From Bacteroidota bacterium (GTDB lineage: Bacteria > Bacteroidota > Bacteroidia > CAIKAF01): a DNA stretch of 34,302 nt. Position numbers and translations under genes: made by a program. The DNA lies in assembly GCA_027621385.1 (NCBI GenBank), contig JAQCBQ010000003.1, positions 1-34,302 of the forward strand. Direction: 5' to 3'. The notes beneath the pieces are model-generated. The model was not told the origin of the DNA, made no database searches, and saw only the letters and a list, made by a program, of their open reading frames with translations. Of this stretch, positions 18,660 to 28,303 are shown one piece after another. How positions within the stretch are numbered: position 1 is the first letter of the stretch; the number at the start of each line of letters is the position of its first letter.

Positions 18660-18806
18660 GCGGGCGGGATTGATTCCGTGTAGCGCGCAAAGATGCCGTC
18701 GGTAGGCGGCGCGCGGCGAGGAGGCGACTTTAGGAGCCACCGCAGCCCGCAGCCGCCCCGAACGGCAGCTGCGTACTACCGGAGAAAGCCCGGTTACCCG
18801 CCCAAA
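18660..18806 (+). ncRNA. Structured dispersed element, copy B (147 nt), inverted relative to copies A and C
   Basis: On the + strand it reads GCGGGCGGGATTGA..GC-GACTTTAGGA-GC..GAAAGCCCG..CCCGCCCAAA, the reverse complement of the A/C motifs. The strand is inferred. Confidence 0.7.
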
Positions 18807-18817
18807 TCTAAATCCAA

Positions 18818-20107
18818 TTAGTGGGAAAAGGCCCAAAACGTCGGTTCAGGCAATTTCCATTGATTTAACAGTGTTTTTCGGAACAGATTCAGCGCTGCAA
18901 ACGAGCTGCGTTCAATGTTCCCAGAACGGTCAGAAGCCATTTTAAATGCACGGGAATAGGTGCCTTCCGGACCTGAAATTCCCACCCAAATCAAACCCAC
19001 GGGCTTTTCGGGCGTACCCCCACCAGGGCCCGCAATTCCTGAAGTACTAATTCCATAAATGGCTCCGGTTAAATTCCGAACTCCTTTTGCCATAGCCTCA
19101 ACCACCTGGCTGCTTACGGCACCATGCTGATTGATGTCTTCAGGATTAACTCCCAACATTCTGATTTTAACAGAGTTGTCATAAGCAACGACGCCTCCCA
19201 TAAATGCCGCTGAGGCTCCAGACACCGCTGTCAACAAGCTGGCTATGTTGCCCCCCGTACAGCTTTCTGCCGTGGCCAGCGTAGCCCCGCTTTCGATTAA
19301 ATGCTTCAATACCTGTTCCGGCAGTTCCTGATGGTTCAATCCAATGCACTCGTAACCAAGAAGCTGCTGAAGTTTCTCTGCCTCCAATTGGAATTCTTCT
19401 TGTCCTGCCTTGCTGGGTGAGGTCAAGGACAAACGGAGTCGGACTCGACCTGCTTTTGGAAGATAAGCCAGAGAAATATGGTCGGGCAATTGATTTTCCC
19501 ATTCCCGCAAATGAACCATAAGTTGCGATTCCGGAATGCCTTCGGTGTGAAAGGTCATGTGTTGAATGGGGGCCAATTGAAATTTGGATTTTAAGAAATC
19601 CAATCCGTAGGACTCCATTAAATATTCCATTTCGCGAGGAACGCCGGGCAAACTGATTAAAATGCCATTTTCGGTATCGAACAACATGCCTGAGGCTGTA
19701 CCAATTCGGTTTAGCCAGGTGCTGCAAGAACTGGGCAGTTCTGCCTGACCGCGGTTTACCTCATCCAGGCTTCGGCCTCGGGCTTGCATAAATGCCTGTA
19801 AGACCTGCAGCACCTGTTCGTCGGTTCGCCAGCTGTCATTAAAAAATTCCCGCAGTGTATTTTTTGTAATGTCATCTTTTGTTGGACCAAGTCCGCCGGT
19901 TAAAATTAAGATGTGCCCTTCCTGCATCAGTTCTTTCAATGTGCTTTCAATGCTGGATTTGGAATCGGCGATGCTGCGCTGCTCTACTACCTGCAGTCCG
20001 ATTTCGTTCAATCGGGCAGCCAACCACGCGGCATTGGTATTAATAACCTGACCAATCAGCAATTCATCTCCAATGGATACGAGGTAAACAGCAGTGCTTT
20101 TTTTCAT
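18818..20107 (-). CDS. cinA: CinA-family protein (MoCF-like domain plus NMN deamidase PncC domain)
   Basis: SIGDELLIGQVINTNA, TGGLGPTKDDIT, LPGVPREM, TAESCTGG, GAVS and SGIAGPGGGTPEKPVG motifs. Confidence 0.95.
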   Translation of the reverse strand: MKKSTAVYLVSIGDELLIGQVINTNAAWLAARLNEIGLQVVEQRSIADSKSSIESTLKELMQEGHILILTGGLGPTKDDITKNTLREFFNDSWRTDEQVLQVLQAFMQARGRSLDEVNRGQAELPSSCSTWLNRIGTASGMLFDTENGILISLPGVPREMEYLMESYGLDFLKSKFQLAPIQHMTFHTEGIPESQLMVHLREWENQLPDHISLAYLPKAGRVRLRLSLTSPSKAGQEEFQLEAEKLQQLLGYECIGLNHQELPEQVLKHLIESGATLATAESCTGGNIASLLTAVSGASAAFMGGVVAYDNSVKIRMLGVNPEDINQHGAVSSQVVEAMAKGVRNLTGAIYGISTSGIAGPGGGTPEKPVGLIWVGISGPEGTYSRAFKMASDRSGNIERSSFAALNLFRKTLLNQWKLPEPTFWAFSH

Positions 20108-20188
20108 GGTGTGGTTCTATGTAAATGATTAACAACTTTTAACCGGAAACTCATGATTGAATTCATGCGAAAGGCGAGTCAAAAATTC

Positions 20189-20196
20189 TATTTTTG
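20189..20196 (+). promoter_or_regulatory. -7 promoter element TATTTTTG for the moxR-bat operon
   Basis: Exact TAnnTTTG, 64 nt upstream of the ATG at 20261. Confidence 0.55.
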
Positions 20197-20260
20197 TTTT
20201 GAGTTCGTGAAAATTGGTTCAAATGTACGCTGAAGGTTCAAGAACTTAATCAAAATAGAT

Positions 20261-21244
20261 ATGGATATACAAGCCTTAAATCAGAAAATTGCTGAAGAAT
20301 CTGCCTTTGTTTCTGCAGTGCGCCTAGAAATGGATAAGGTCATTATTGGGCAGCGTTACATGACCGATCGGTTGTTGATCGGATTGCTTAGCAATGGGCA
20401 TATTTTATTGGAAGGAGTGCCGGGATTGGCCAAAACATTGGCCATTAAAACCCTAGCTCAAGTGGTGGATGTGAGTTTCAGCCGAATTCAATTTACTCCA
20501 GATTTGCTGCCGGCCGATGTGGTTGGAACGGTGATTTACAATCCCCGCAGTGAATCGTTTTCGGTGAAAAAGGGTCCTGTGTTCTCTAATTTTGTTTTGG
20601 CCGATGAAATCAACCGGGCGCCTGCAAAGGTTCAAAGCGCCTTGCTCGAAGCCATGCAAGAGCGTCAGGTGACCGTAGGAGATCAGACCTTTTCTCTGCC
20701 CGATCCATTTTTGGTGCTGGCCACACAAAACCCGGTCGAACAGGAAGGCACCTATCCCTTACCCGAAGCTCAATCCGACCGCTTTTTGCTAAAAGTGGTT
20801 TTGGATTACCCCCAGAAGGCCGAAGAGCAAGAGATTATCCGCTTGAATATGCTGCAGGAATTTCCTACAGTGAACGTAGCCGTTCATAAGGATCAAATCA
20901 TTCAAGCCCGCACTGTGGTGCGCGGAATGTACATGGATGAAAAAATTGAACGGTATATTGTGGACTTGGTGCATGCTTCTCGAGACCCTCAGGGAAATGG
21001 AATTCAAGGACTAAAGGAATTGATTTCGTTTGGAGCTTCTCCACGCGCTTCCATTAGTTTGGCTTTGGCATCCAAGGCCTATGCTTTTTTACAGGGCAGA
21101 GGCTATGTCATTCCTGAAGACGTGCGGGCCATTGCAAAAGACGTGTTGAGGCATAGAATTGGATTGACCTACGAGGCAGAAGCCGAGGAAATGACCTCCG
21201 ATGATGTGGTGGATGCCCTTTTGAATAAAGTGTTGGTCCCTTAA
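20261..21244 (+). CDS. moxR: MoxR-family AAA+ ATPase
   Basis: Walker A EGVPGLAKT, RIQFTPDLLPAD, LADEINRAPAKVQSALLEAM, ATQNPVEQEGTYPLPEAQ and GASPRAS motifs. Confidence 0.95.
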   Translation: MDIQALNQKIAEESAFVSAVRLEMDKVIIGQRYMTDRLLIGLLSNGHILLEGVPGLAKTLAIKTLAQVVDVSFSRIQFTPDLLPADVVGTVIYNPRSESFSVKKGPVFSNFVLADEINRAPAKVQSALLEAMQERQVTVGDQTFSLPDPFLVLATQNPVEQEGTYPLPEAQSDRFLLKVVLDYPQKAEEQEIIRLNMLQEFPTVNVAVHKDQIIQARTVVRGMYMDEKIERYIVDLVHASRDPQGNGIQGLKELISFGASPRASISLALASKAYAFLQGRGYVIPEDVRAIAKDVLRHRIGLTYEAEAEEMTSDDVVDALLNKVLVP

Positions 21245-21264
21245 TTTTCCAGACTAGGAGAATT

Positions 21265-22164
21265 ATGGAATTGGTACAATCCGGTCCTGACGATTTAAAA
21301 GACCTTCTTAAAAAGGTACGGCGCATCGAAATTAAGGCGCGTGGCCTTACCGATCAGCTGTTTGCAGGTCAATATCATGCCGCCTTCAAAGGAAGAGGCA
21401 TGTCATTCGCTGAGGTCCGAAATTACCAGTATGGAGATGATGTTCGTTTTATCGATTGGAATGTTACTGCTCGATTTAATGAACCTTTTGTAAAGGTGTT
21501 TGAGGAAGAACGAGAACTCAGTGTGATGCTGATGATGGATGTCAGTGCCTCTTCTGGTTTTGGGTCTCATCACCGTTCATTGCGCGAATTGGCCGCCGAA
21601 ATTGCTGCCATTATTGGCTTTTCTGCCGTTCAAAACAACGATAAAATAGGGGCTGTTTTTTATTCATCTCAGGTGGAACAATTTATTCCCCCACGTAAAG
21701 GCCGCTCTCATTTTTTAAGAATCTTACGCGATTTTCTTGCGTGCACGCCAACGCATGCGGGTACAAGGACCGGAGTTGCCATGGAATATTTGGGCAAAAT
21801 TCTTCGAAAAAAATCTACGGTGTTTTGCATCAGCGATTTTATAGAGCCCAGTTTTTCTGATGCGCTAAAAATTGCGGGCAGAAAGCATGATTTACTGCTG
21901 ATGCGCATCAATGACCCCATGCTGTGTCAACTTCCGGATGTGGGTTTAATTAAACTGAGAGATCCGGAGACCGGCGCCGCCTATTGGCTCGATACGCACC
22001 AAAAAAAGGTTCGTACCCATTGGCAGGCCCATTGGCAAAACCATCAGAAAAAACTAAAATTGGCTGCCCAACGGTATGGCATTGACCTGGCTGAATTTAA
22101 CTCGGCTTCCGATGTGACTCGACCTTTAAACCAGTTGTTTCAATCCAGAGGTGTTCGACGATGA
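21265..22164 (+). CDS. DUF58 / vWA-domain protein
   Basis: FKGRGMSFAEVRNYQYGDDVRFIDWNVTAR, FEEERE, DVSAS and ISDF motifs. Confidence 0.93.
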   Translation: MELVQSGPDDLKDLLKKVRRIEIKARGLTDQLFAGQYHAAFKGRGMSFAEVRNYQYGDDVRFIDWNVTARFNEPFVKVFEEERELSVMLMMDVSASSGFGSHHRSLRELAAEIAAIIGFSAVQNNDKIGAVFYSSQVEQFIPPRKGRSHFLRILRDFLACTPTHAGTRTGVAMEYLGKILRKKSTVFCISDFIEPSFSDALKIAGRKHDLLLMRINDPMLCQLPDVGLIKLRDPETGAAYWLDTHQKKVRTHWQAHWQNHQKKLKLAAQRYGIDLAEFNSASDVTRPLNQLFQSRGVRR

Positions 22165-23078
22165 AAAATAAAATTTCATTCTTCCTGCTTTTTTCACTTG
22201 CCCTAGTATGCCATGGACAAGGAGGATTTGGATTGGCTTGGAAATCTGAAAAGGATACTGTTTTATTGGGCGAGCCCTTTGATTTAACCTTGGAAATTCC
22301 AGCTCAAAAACTTCAACGTGAAATCATTTGGCCCAGTTTTACAGATAGCCTAGGTAGGTTTGAAATTCTTCAGGTAAATTGGTTGGACAGTGGCGAATAC
22401 AGAGCTGGTTTTAAATTAAATATAGTTGGTTACGATTCAGGCAGCGTTTCTATACCGGCCATTGAACTGGGTTTTTTAGACCAGGGCGATACGATTTGGC
22501 TTGAAATCCCCTCCAAATCCATCGAGATTCTATCACCACTGGTCAATTTAGAAGCTGATTTTCAAGACATTTTGGCAAATCCGGACCCGGGCTACCATTG
22601 GCATGAATTTATTCCCATTTTCAGTATTATTCTGCTTGTTTTGGTGTTGGGTATAGCTCTTTTTTGGTACCTGCGTAGAAAAAGGCGAAAAATACCTTCG
22701 GCGCCTGTACTGCCTGCCATCAATCCTTTCGATGCGGCTATACACGCATTGGATTCTCTATCCCATCAGGCGGGAAATCTATCAGATGAGGAAATAAAGG
22801 CATTTTATACCGATGCGGTAGATGTACTTCGTACCTTGGTGGATGAAGTGTACTGCCTGGATGTATCTGAAATGAGCAGCTCAGAATGGCTGTCAGTTTG
22901 GAAACGGAGACCGGAGAACGAACTTACCGGTAAGGAATTGGCTTTCGTTTTGTATGTGGCCGATTTGGTCAAATTCGCAAAACAACAACCGGGGCCCGCA
23001 GAACGTTCTCAATTGATTGAGGCCGCAAAAGTTTTTATTGAGGCCTGTCGGAAACACCAACAACCCAACTTGAATTGA
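22161..23078 (+). CDS. Bat-operon-associated membrane-anchored hypothetical protein
   Basis: Signal peptide, an Ig-like N-terminal part, one TM followed by RRKRRK, and ADLVKFAK; usual position between DUF58 and batA. Confidence 0.8.
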   Translation: MKNKISFFLLFSLALVCHGQGGFGLAWKSEKDTVLLGEPFDLTLEIPAQKLQREIIWPSFTDSLGRFEILQVNWLDSGEYRAGFKLNIVGYDSGSVSIPAIELGFLDQGDTIWLEIPSKSIEILSPLVNLEADFQDILANPDPGYHWHEFIPIFSIILLVLVLGIALFWYLRRKRRKIPSAPVLPAINPFDAAIHALDSLSHQAGNLSDEEIKAFYTDAVDVLRTLVDEVYCLDVSEMSSSEWLSVWKRRPENELTGKELAFVLYVADLVKFAKQQPGPAERSQLIEAAKVFIEACRKHQQPNLN

Positions 23079-23082
23079 TTCA

Positions 23083-24102
23083 ATGAATGAGCTGGTAAAC
23101 ATAAAATTTGACTATCCATTGGTTTTCATACTGATTCCAATTGTTGGGGTGTTTTATTGGTACAACTGGAGACGCAGAAAGGCGGGGCTGAGCTCATTTT
23201 GGAATCATCCCTTGTTGCCCGGCTCAAAAAATGTGTACCCCAAAAGCCTTCGATTTCGGTTGCTGTGGTTGCCCGATTTTTTAAGGATTCTGGTCTTTTT
23301 ATTGTTGGTTTTGGCCTTGGCCCGGCCGCGTGGACATATCGGTATGACAGAGGTGAATCGGGAAATCATCGATATTCAATTGGCTATGGATATTTCAATA
23401 TCGATGAAAGCCAAAGACTTTTCACCCGATCGCCTGGGCGTTTCCAAGAAAATCGCCGCTGAATTTATTGAGGGAAGGCCCAACGACAGAATAGGTTTGG
23501 TTATTTTCTCCGGTGAAAGTTTTACCCAATGCCCAGCTACCCTTGACCATGAAGTGCTGCAAATTTTACTTTCAAAAATTGAAACAGGAATGCTGGTCGA
23601 CGGAACGGCAATTGGCGCGGGCCTTGGAACTGCCGTTGCTCGACTAAAGGATTCCGAGTCCATCAGTAAGGTGGTTGTTTTGCTTACCGATGGGGTGAAC
23701 AACAGTGGAAATATCGCTCCCAGTACGGCAGCTGAAATCGCAAAAACCTTTGGAGTACGCGTATATACTATTGGCGTGGGTAAAAAGGGTAGTGCTCTAT
23801 CTCCTGTAAGTATGAATCCCAACGGAAGTCTGGTGTTTGGAATGGCCCCTGTTGAAATTGATGAAACGCTGTTGAAAGACATTGCCAATCAAACAGGTGG
23901 CAAATATTTCCGGGCTGAAAATGAACAATCCCTAAAGGCCATTTTTGAAGAAATTGATTCCCTGGAAAAGACCTTAATCCAAGACAAGGAGTTTTATGTG
24001 CGGCCTGATTTGTTTTGGCCCGTTGTTGCCCTGGCAGCTTTAATTCTTTTATTGGAATGGGTGCTTCGATTGGTTTGGTTTAAAAGTTTGACGGAACAGT
24101 GA
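23083..24102 (+). CDS. batA: Aerotolerance protein BatA (vWA domain)
   Basis: N-terminal TM segments, LALARP, MIDAS DISISM, GTAIG and LLTDGVNN motifs. Confidence 0.92.
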   Translation: MNELVNIKFDYPLVFILIPIVGVFYWYNWRRRKAGLSSFWNHPLLPGSKNVYPKSLRFRLLWLPDFLRILVFLLLVLALARPRGHIGMTEVNREIIDIQLAMDISISMKAKDFSPDRLGVSKKIAAEFIEGRPNDRIGLVIFSGESFTQCPATLDHEVLQILLSKIETGMLVDGTAIGAGLGTAVARLKDSESISKVVVLLTDGVNNSGNIAPSTAAEIAKTFGVRVYTIGVGKKGSALSPVSMNPNGSLVFGMAPVEIDETLLKDIANQTGGKYFRAENEQSLKAIFEEIDSLEKTLIQDKEFYVRPDLFWPVVALAALILLLEWVLRLVWFKSLTEQ

Positions 24103-25112
24103 GTTTTGAATATCCGGCATATCTGACCTGGTTCTGGATTTTACTCCCCCTGGTCGTTCTCTTCGCCTTCGATTTTCGATGGAGGATGAACCGATTTTTG
24201 CGTTTAGGCAATCCAACTACCGTTCATAAAACCCTGGGTTTATTCCCCAGATATATATTGATTGCTAGGTATACGCTTCGCTTGCTGTTGGTTTCAGCAC
24301 TCATTTTAATCCTTGCTCGACCCAAAGGCGGTCTTACCGATAGCCCCAGAAAAAAATCCGGGACTCAATTGGTTTTCTGTTTGGACGCCTCGCGGTCTAT
24401 GTTGGCAGAGGATTTACAACCCAATCGCCTGTCACGGGCCAAACAGGCTATTTCAGCCGTTTTGAAACGCCTTCAAGGAGATCAGGTTTCGCTGGTTGTC
24501 TTCGCCGGTTCTGCCCATATTCAATTGCCCATGACTTCCGATTATGGAGCCGCGATGATGTTCCTGGATGCAGTTTCTACCGATTACCCCTCGGTGCAAG
24601 GGACCTCTATTTCAGCCGCCTTGCGAGAGGCCATTAAAACACTTCCAGAAAAATCCGATTCAGAACCTGCCCTTATTTTAATGTCGGATGGAGAAGATCA
24701 CGAAGGGGATTTACCTCCCGTTCTTTCTGATTTAAAACAGCGTGGAATACGGGTGTTTGCAATGAGCATTGGGGGAAATGTGGCAGCACCAATTCCAAAC
24801 AATGGGGCTTACCTAACCGATGCACAGGGAAAATTGGTGTTTACCCGACCCAATGAAGAAATGCTATCTCGGATTTCCACTGAAACCAATGGTTTGTTTG
24901 TAAGGGGCTCTGATCCATCTACCGCCTTAAATAAAATCATGGCCGAGATTGATCGATTGAAAAAAAGTACAGCCCTGGCCAGCGAAAACTCCATAGGTCG
25001 CGAAGAACTCTTTCTTCCTTTCCTATGGTTCGCTTTTGGCTTATTGTGTTTGGATTTGTTTTTTGTCCACCAATGGGAAAAATGGTTAAGAAAATGGAGC
25101 ATTTTCGGTTAA
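24099..25112 (+). CDS. batB: Aerotolerance protein BatB (vWA domain; GTG start)
   Basis: LILARP, DASRSMLAEDLQPNRL, PMTSDY and MSDGEDH motifs; GTGA overlap with the batA stop. Confidence 0.9.
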   Translation: MSFEYPAYLTWFWILLPLVVLFAFDFRWRMNRFLRLGNPTTVHKTLGLFPRYILIARYTLRLLLVSALILILARPKGGLTDSPRKKSGTQLVFCLDASRSMLAEDLQPNRLSRAKQAISAVLKRLQGDQVSLVVFAGSAHIQLPMTSDYGAAMMFLDAVSTDYPSVQGTSISAALREAIKTLPEKSDSEPALILMSDGEDHEGDLPPVLSDLKQRGIRVFAMSIGGNVAAPIPNNGAYLTDAQGKLVFTRPNEEMLSRISTETNGLFVRGSDPSTALNKIMAEIDRLKKSTALASENSIGREELFLPFLWFAFGLLCLDLFFVHQWEKWLRKWSIFG

Positions 25113-25807
25113 TCTTTGTTGGTTTGCTTGGGCTTGGGTATGGATTTGTAATCCATGCTCAGATTCCTGGGTTGCAGTCGTATAAACCATTGCGCAATGG
25201 CAATAAGGCACTGCAACAAGCTCAATACCAGAAGGCAGATTCGCTCTTCCAAACCTACCTTAAATCCCATGCCGATAATCCCTTTGCACAAATGGGATTG
25301 GGAAATGCCCTGTATCAAAACGGCAATCCTGATTCTGCCCGGTATTGGTTTGATCGGGCCAGTCAAGGATTCGATAATCCAAAGCATATTTCAACCGCCC
25401 AACACAATTTAGGTAATACGTATATGAAAGCCGAAAAGTGGAATGAGGCAGCTCAACATTACAAGGAAGCCCTAAAGCAATGGCCTGAAAATGAAAAAAG
25501 CCGATATAATTTGGCCTATGCGTTGAAAAAAATCCAGCAAGAAAAACAGCAGCAACAACAGCAACAACAACAGCAACAACAGCAGCAAAATCAACAGCAA
25601 AACCAGCAACAGCAGCAAAATCAGCAACAAAATCAGCAGCCTGAAAATAAACCTAAAAATCAACCCAATTCATCCAAACAAAACATCAAAAAGCAAGATG
25701 CTGAACGCATTCTTGATGCCCTAAACCGTCAAGAAAAAGAAGCTCAAAAGAATCGAGATAAGGACTCCCCCTCAGGTTCCATGGTTCACCCTGAAAAAGA
25801 TTGGTAA
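25094..25807 (+). CDS. batC: Aerotolerance protein BatC (TPR domain plus Q-rich linker)
   Basis: TPR motifs GLGNALYQ, HNLGNTYM and RYNLAYA; Q-rich tract; AERILDAL and terminal EKDW; start refined to MEHFRL. Confidence 0.9.
   Translation: MEHFRLIFVGLLGLGYGFVIHAQIPGLQSYKPLRNGNKALQQAQYQKADSLFQTYLKSHADNPFAQMGLGNALYQNGNPDSARYWFDRASQGFDNPKHISTAQHNLGNTYMKAEKWNEAAQHYKEALKQWPENEKSRYNLAYALKKIQQEKQQQQQQQQQQQQQQNQQQNQQQQQNQQQNQQPENKPKNQPNSSKQNIKKQDAERILDALNRQEKEAQKNRDKDSPSGSMVHPEKDW
25547..25639 (+). repeat. CAG/CAA-rich tract encoding poly-Q/N (about 31 codons) within batC
   Basis: 14 consecutive Gln codons followed by N-Q(n) units. Confidence 0.9.
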
Positions 25808-25809
25808 GT

Positions 25810-27540
25810 ATGAAGACCTTTGTTCGAATCGTATTTTTTATTCTTTTTACTCTGAATTCAATCTGGGCTCAACAGATTCAGGTATCGGTGCAACCTCAAA
25901 ATCCGGTTGTCAATCAACCCTTCCAGATCAGCTACGACATTTCTGGTTTGGCTGGACAATATAAATTGCCTTCGTTTGATCCCTTTGTAAAACTTGGAAC
26001 GTCGCAACAACAAAGCATCGTCAATGGAGTTTCTTCATTTAAGATTTCCGTTCGGCTGCTGGCAAGGTCATCGGGGAAATCTGAAATTGCTCCCCTTCAA
26101 TTGTTGGCCAATGGTCGTGTAATTGCCCAGTCCAATCCGGTGCAAATCAACGTACTTGATGAGGCCTCGGCCAAAGCCAAAACCCAATCCAATTCCAACT
26201 CTGCCGCGGTTAAAAAATCCGATAATCAAATTTTTGTAGTCGCCCGACTTGAAAAATCAACGGTTTATGTTGGCGAACCGCTTACCGTAAGCATTGATTT
26301 GTATTCCAAATACAGTTCTGTTCAATTTGAATCGGTAAAGTTCCCTTCTCTTTCTGGGGGCTGGGTTCAAGATATTCCAGAAGCAGAAGATCAACAGTTT
26401 CGACAAACGCAGGTAGAAGGAGAGCCCTTTTTGGTAGCAACCCTGAAAAAGTATGTCCTTGTCCCTCAGGTTCAAGGAAAAATCTCGATCGACCCTTTGT
26501 TGGCAAGCGTGGTGGTGAGTTACCGTGAAGCTTCTTCCGATCCGTTTGATGTTTTCTTTGGTGGTCGTGTGGTAGAAAAAAAGGTGGAGTTAAAAACACC
26601 CAAAGTAACCCTGACCGCCCTTCCCATTCCATTCGACAACCGCCCCGATAATTTCAGCAATGGGGTAGGGGACTTTGAACTTAGCGTTCGTCCGGGACCT
26701 ACAACGCTCAGTGTCAACGATGCCTTTGAATACAGCGTTACCGTTAAGGGAAATGGGAATTTGAATTTATTGGAACTCCCTAATTTGAATGTTCCTGCCG
26801 AATTTGATGCCTTCGCACCCGATGTTCAAGAAAAAATTTCCTTCACCGAATCTGGAGTGACGGGATCTAAGCAAGTAAATTTTATTTACATTCCAAAAAC
26901 ACCCGGAAAGTACACCATTCCACCGTTTACCTGGTCTTGGTTTAATCCTGCTACCAAAAAATTTGAATCGTTTAGTTCAGATACACTTCATCTAACAGTT
27001 AATGGTTCAGCGCAGGACCAAGACCTGTCTCAATCCGGACCCATAAAGTTTCAAAATACAATTCCTCAGGGGCGATCATCTAAACTTCCTGAAAGGTACG
27101 TTTCTTTTTATGCCAGCCTTTCTTTTTTCGTTTGGCTGATTTTTCTGGTTGGCCTGCTGCTTTTATACACCTTTTGGGGCAAAAAATGGCTGGTACGCTT
27201 GCGCAATAAACGTTCTCTTTCTTTAACCACTTCAACTCATGTCCTGGACGAATTAAACCGATGGAAATCCAATCCGTCCAAAGAGCAGACCTCGGTTTTA
27301 ATTAATACCATGCAGGCCTATATGCGCGACCAATGGAAGCTTCCCATTTCCCAGCAAACGCCCAACGATGTATTGGCTTTTTTTAAACCTTTAGGACTAG
27401 AACAGGAAATCAAAGATTGGTTAAGCCTGATTCAACAGCTTCATTTTCTGGCCTTTGCATCTGTAGCTCCACAGGAGAATGCAAATCAAATCAATGGTCT
27501 TCTACGCAAAACACTTAAAACACTTGAATCACAAAAATGA
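25810..27540 (+). CDS. batD: Aerotolerance protein BatD
   Basis: Signal peptide; Ig-like modules (VYVGEPL, FSNGVGDF, GNGNL, IPKTPGKYTIPP..WFNP); one TM near the C-terminus; operon position. Confidence 0.88.
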   Translation: MKTFVRIVFFILFTLNSIWAQQIQVSVQPQNPVVNQPFQISYDISGLAGQYKLPSFDPFVKLGTSQQQSIVNGVSSFKISVRLLARSSGKSEIAPLQLLANGRVIAQSNPVQINVLDEASAKAKTQSNSNSAAVKKSDNQIFVVARLEKSTVYVGEPLTVSIDLYSKYSSVQFESVKFPSLSGGWVQDIPEAEDQQFRQTQVEGEPFLVATLKKYVLVPQVQGKISIDPLLASVVVSYREASSDPFDVFFGGRVVEKKVELKTPKVTLTALPIPFDNRPDNFSNGVGDFELSVRPGPTTLSVNDAFEYSVTVKGNGNLNLLELPNLNVPAEFDAFAPDVQEKISFTESGVTGSKQVNFIYIPKTPGKYTIPPFTWSWFNPATKKFESFSSDTLHLTVNGSAQDQDLSQSGPIKFQNTIPQGRSSKLPERYVSFYASLSFFVWLIFLVGLLLLYTFWGKKWLVRLRNKRSLSLTTSTHVLDELNRWKSNPSKEQTSVLINTMQAYMRDQWKLPISQQTPNDVLAFFKPLGLEQEIKDWLSLIQQLHFLAFASVAPQENANQINGLLRKTLKTLESQK

Positions 27541-28301
27541 TGCTCCAACTTCGACTCACGGTGTTGTTTTCCTTGTTGGGCTTTTTTACCCTCCAACACG
27601 CCTCTATTATTGAAGATCAGGATATATTGACAGCCTCCGATCGCCAGTTTAAGGCCGGTTTGCTCGACTCTGCGTATTCAGGTTATTCCCGGCTGCTGGA
27701 ATCCGGCTATAAGAATCCGCATATTTTCAATATGTTGGCGGCCACTTCACTGAAACAGCAAAACAAACCCCTGGCTGTGAAATGGTTATATGATGGCTTG
27801 CTGTTGTTCCCCGATTCCAAGGTGTTGGAATCCAATCTAAAGTACATTGAACTTTCGGAGGAACTGCCCTCCGGACCGCGCCCTTTTCTTCCCTGGGGAG
27901 TGCATCTGTTTTCTACCCATACCTGGGCATGCATTTTTCTGGTTTCCATTGGATTTGTTTTGGTGGGATTAATCATTGGTACTTGGTTCACCTCAACGCC
28001 CCTTCGGCGTTGGATGTCTGGGTTGGTATTGGTTTCCATCGGTCTGGGACTGGGCTCCATTTTTGCCGCTCAATGGCGCTACAACCTGTCTAAAAAACAA
28101 TACGGAATTGTCAAAATCAACCAATGTCCGGTCTTGGTGAAACCTCAGCCCGATGCAGAGGTCTTAATGTATTTGGTCCCCGCTCAAGCCATGGAAATCA
28201 TTGAATGGCAAGACGGCTGGGCAAGGGTTAAAAATCCCGACGATGTGGAAGGTTTTGTGAATCAAGACCAGCTTATTCGCTCAGAAGCCTTAGGATTTTA
28301 A
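27537..28301 (+). CDS. batE: Aerotolerance protein BatE (TPR-like region, 2 TM, SH3-like domain)
   Basis: TPR-like N-terminus, two TM helices and a C-terminal GWARV..EGFV SH3-like motif; operon position. Confidence 0.8.
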   Translation: MMLQLRLTVLFSLLGFFTLQHASIIEDQDILTASDRQFKAGLLDSAYSGYSRLLESGYKNPHIFNMLAATSLKQQNKPLAVKWLYDGLLLFPDSKVLESNLKYIELSEELPSGPRPFLPWGVHLFSTHTWACIFLVSIGFVLVGLIIGTWFTSTPLRRWMSGLVLVSIGLGLGSIFAAQWRYNLSKKQYGIVKINQCPVLVKPQPDAEVLMYLVPAQAMEIIEWQDGWARVKNPDDVEGFVNQDQLIRSEALGF

Positions 28302-28303
28302 GT

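Noticed and set aside
13203-20107. nadC, gap and cinA as an NAD-metabolism cluster
   Set aside because: They are in separate transcription units with unrelated genes between them, and no shared operator was seen.
25472-25663. Poly-Leu membrane peptide on the minus strand
   Set aside because: It is the antisense reading of the batC CAG/CAA tract.
20261-28301. moxR-DUF58-batABCDE as a novel system
   Set aside because: This is the known Bacteroidota aerotolerance (Bat) operon in its usual gene order.
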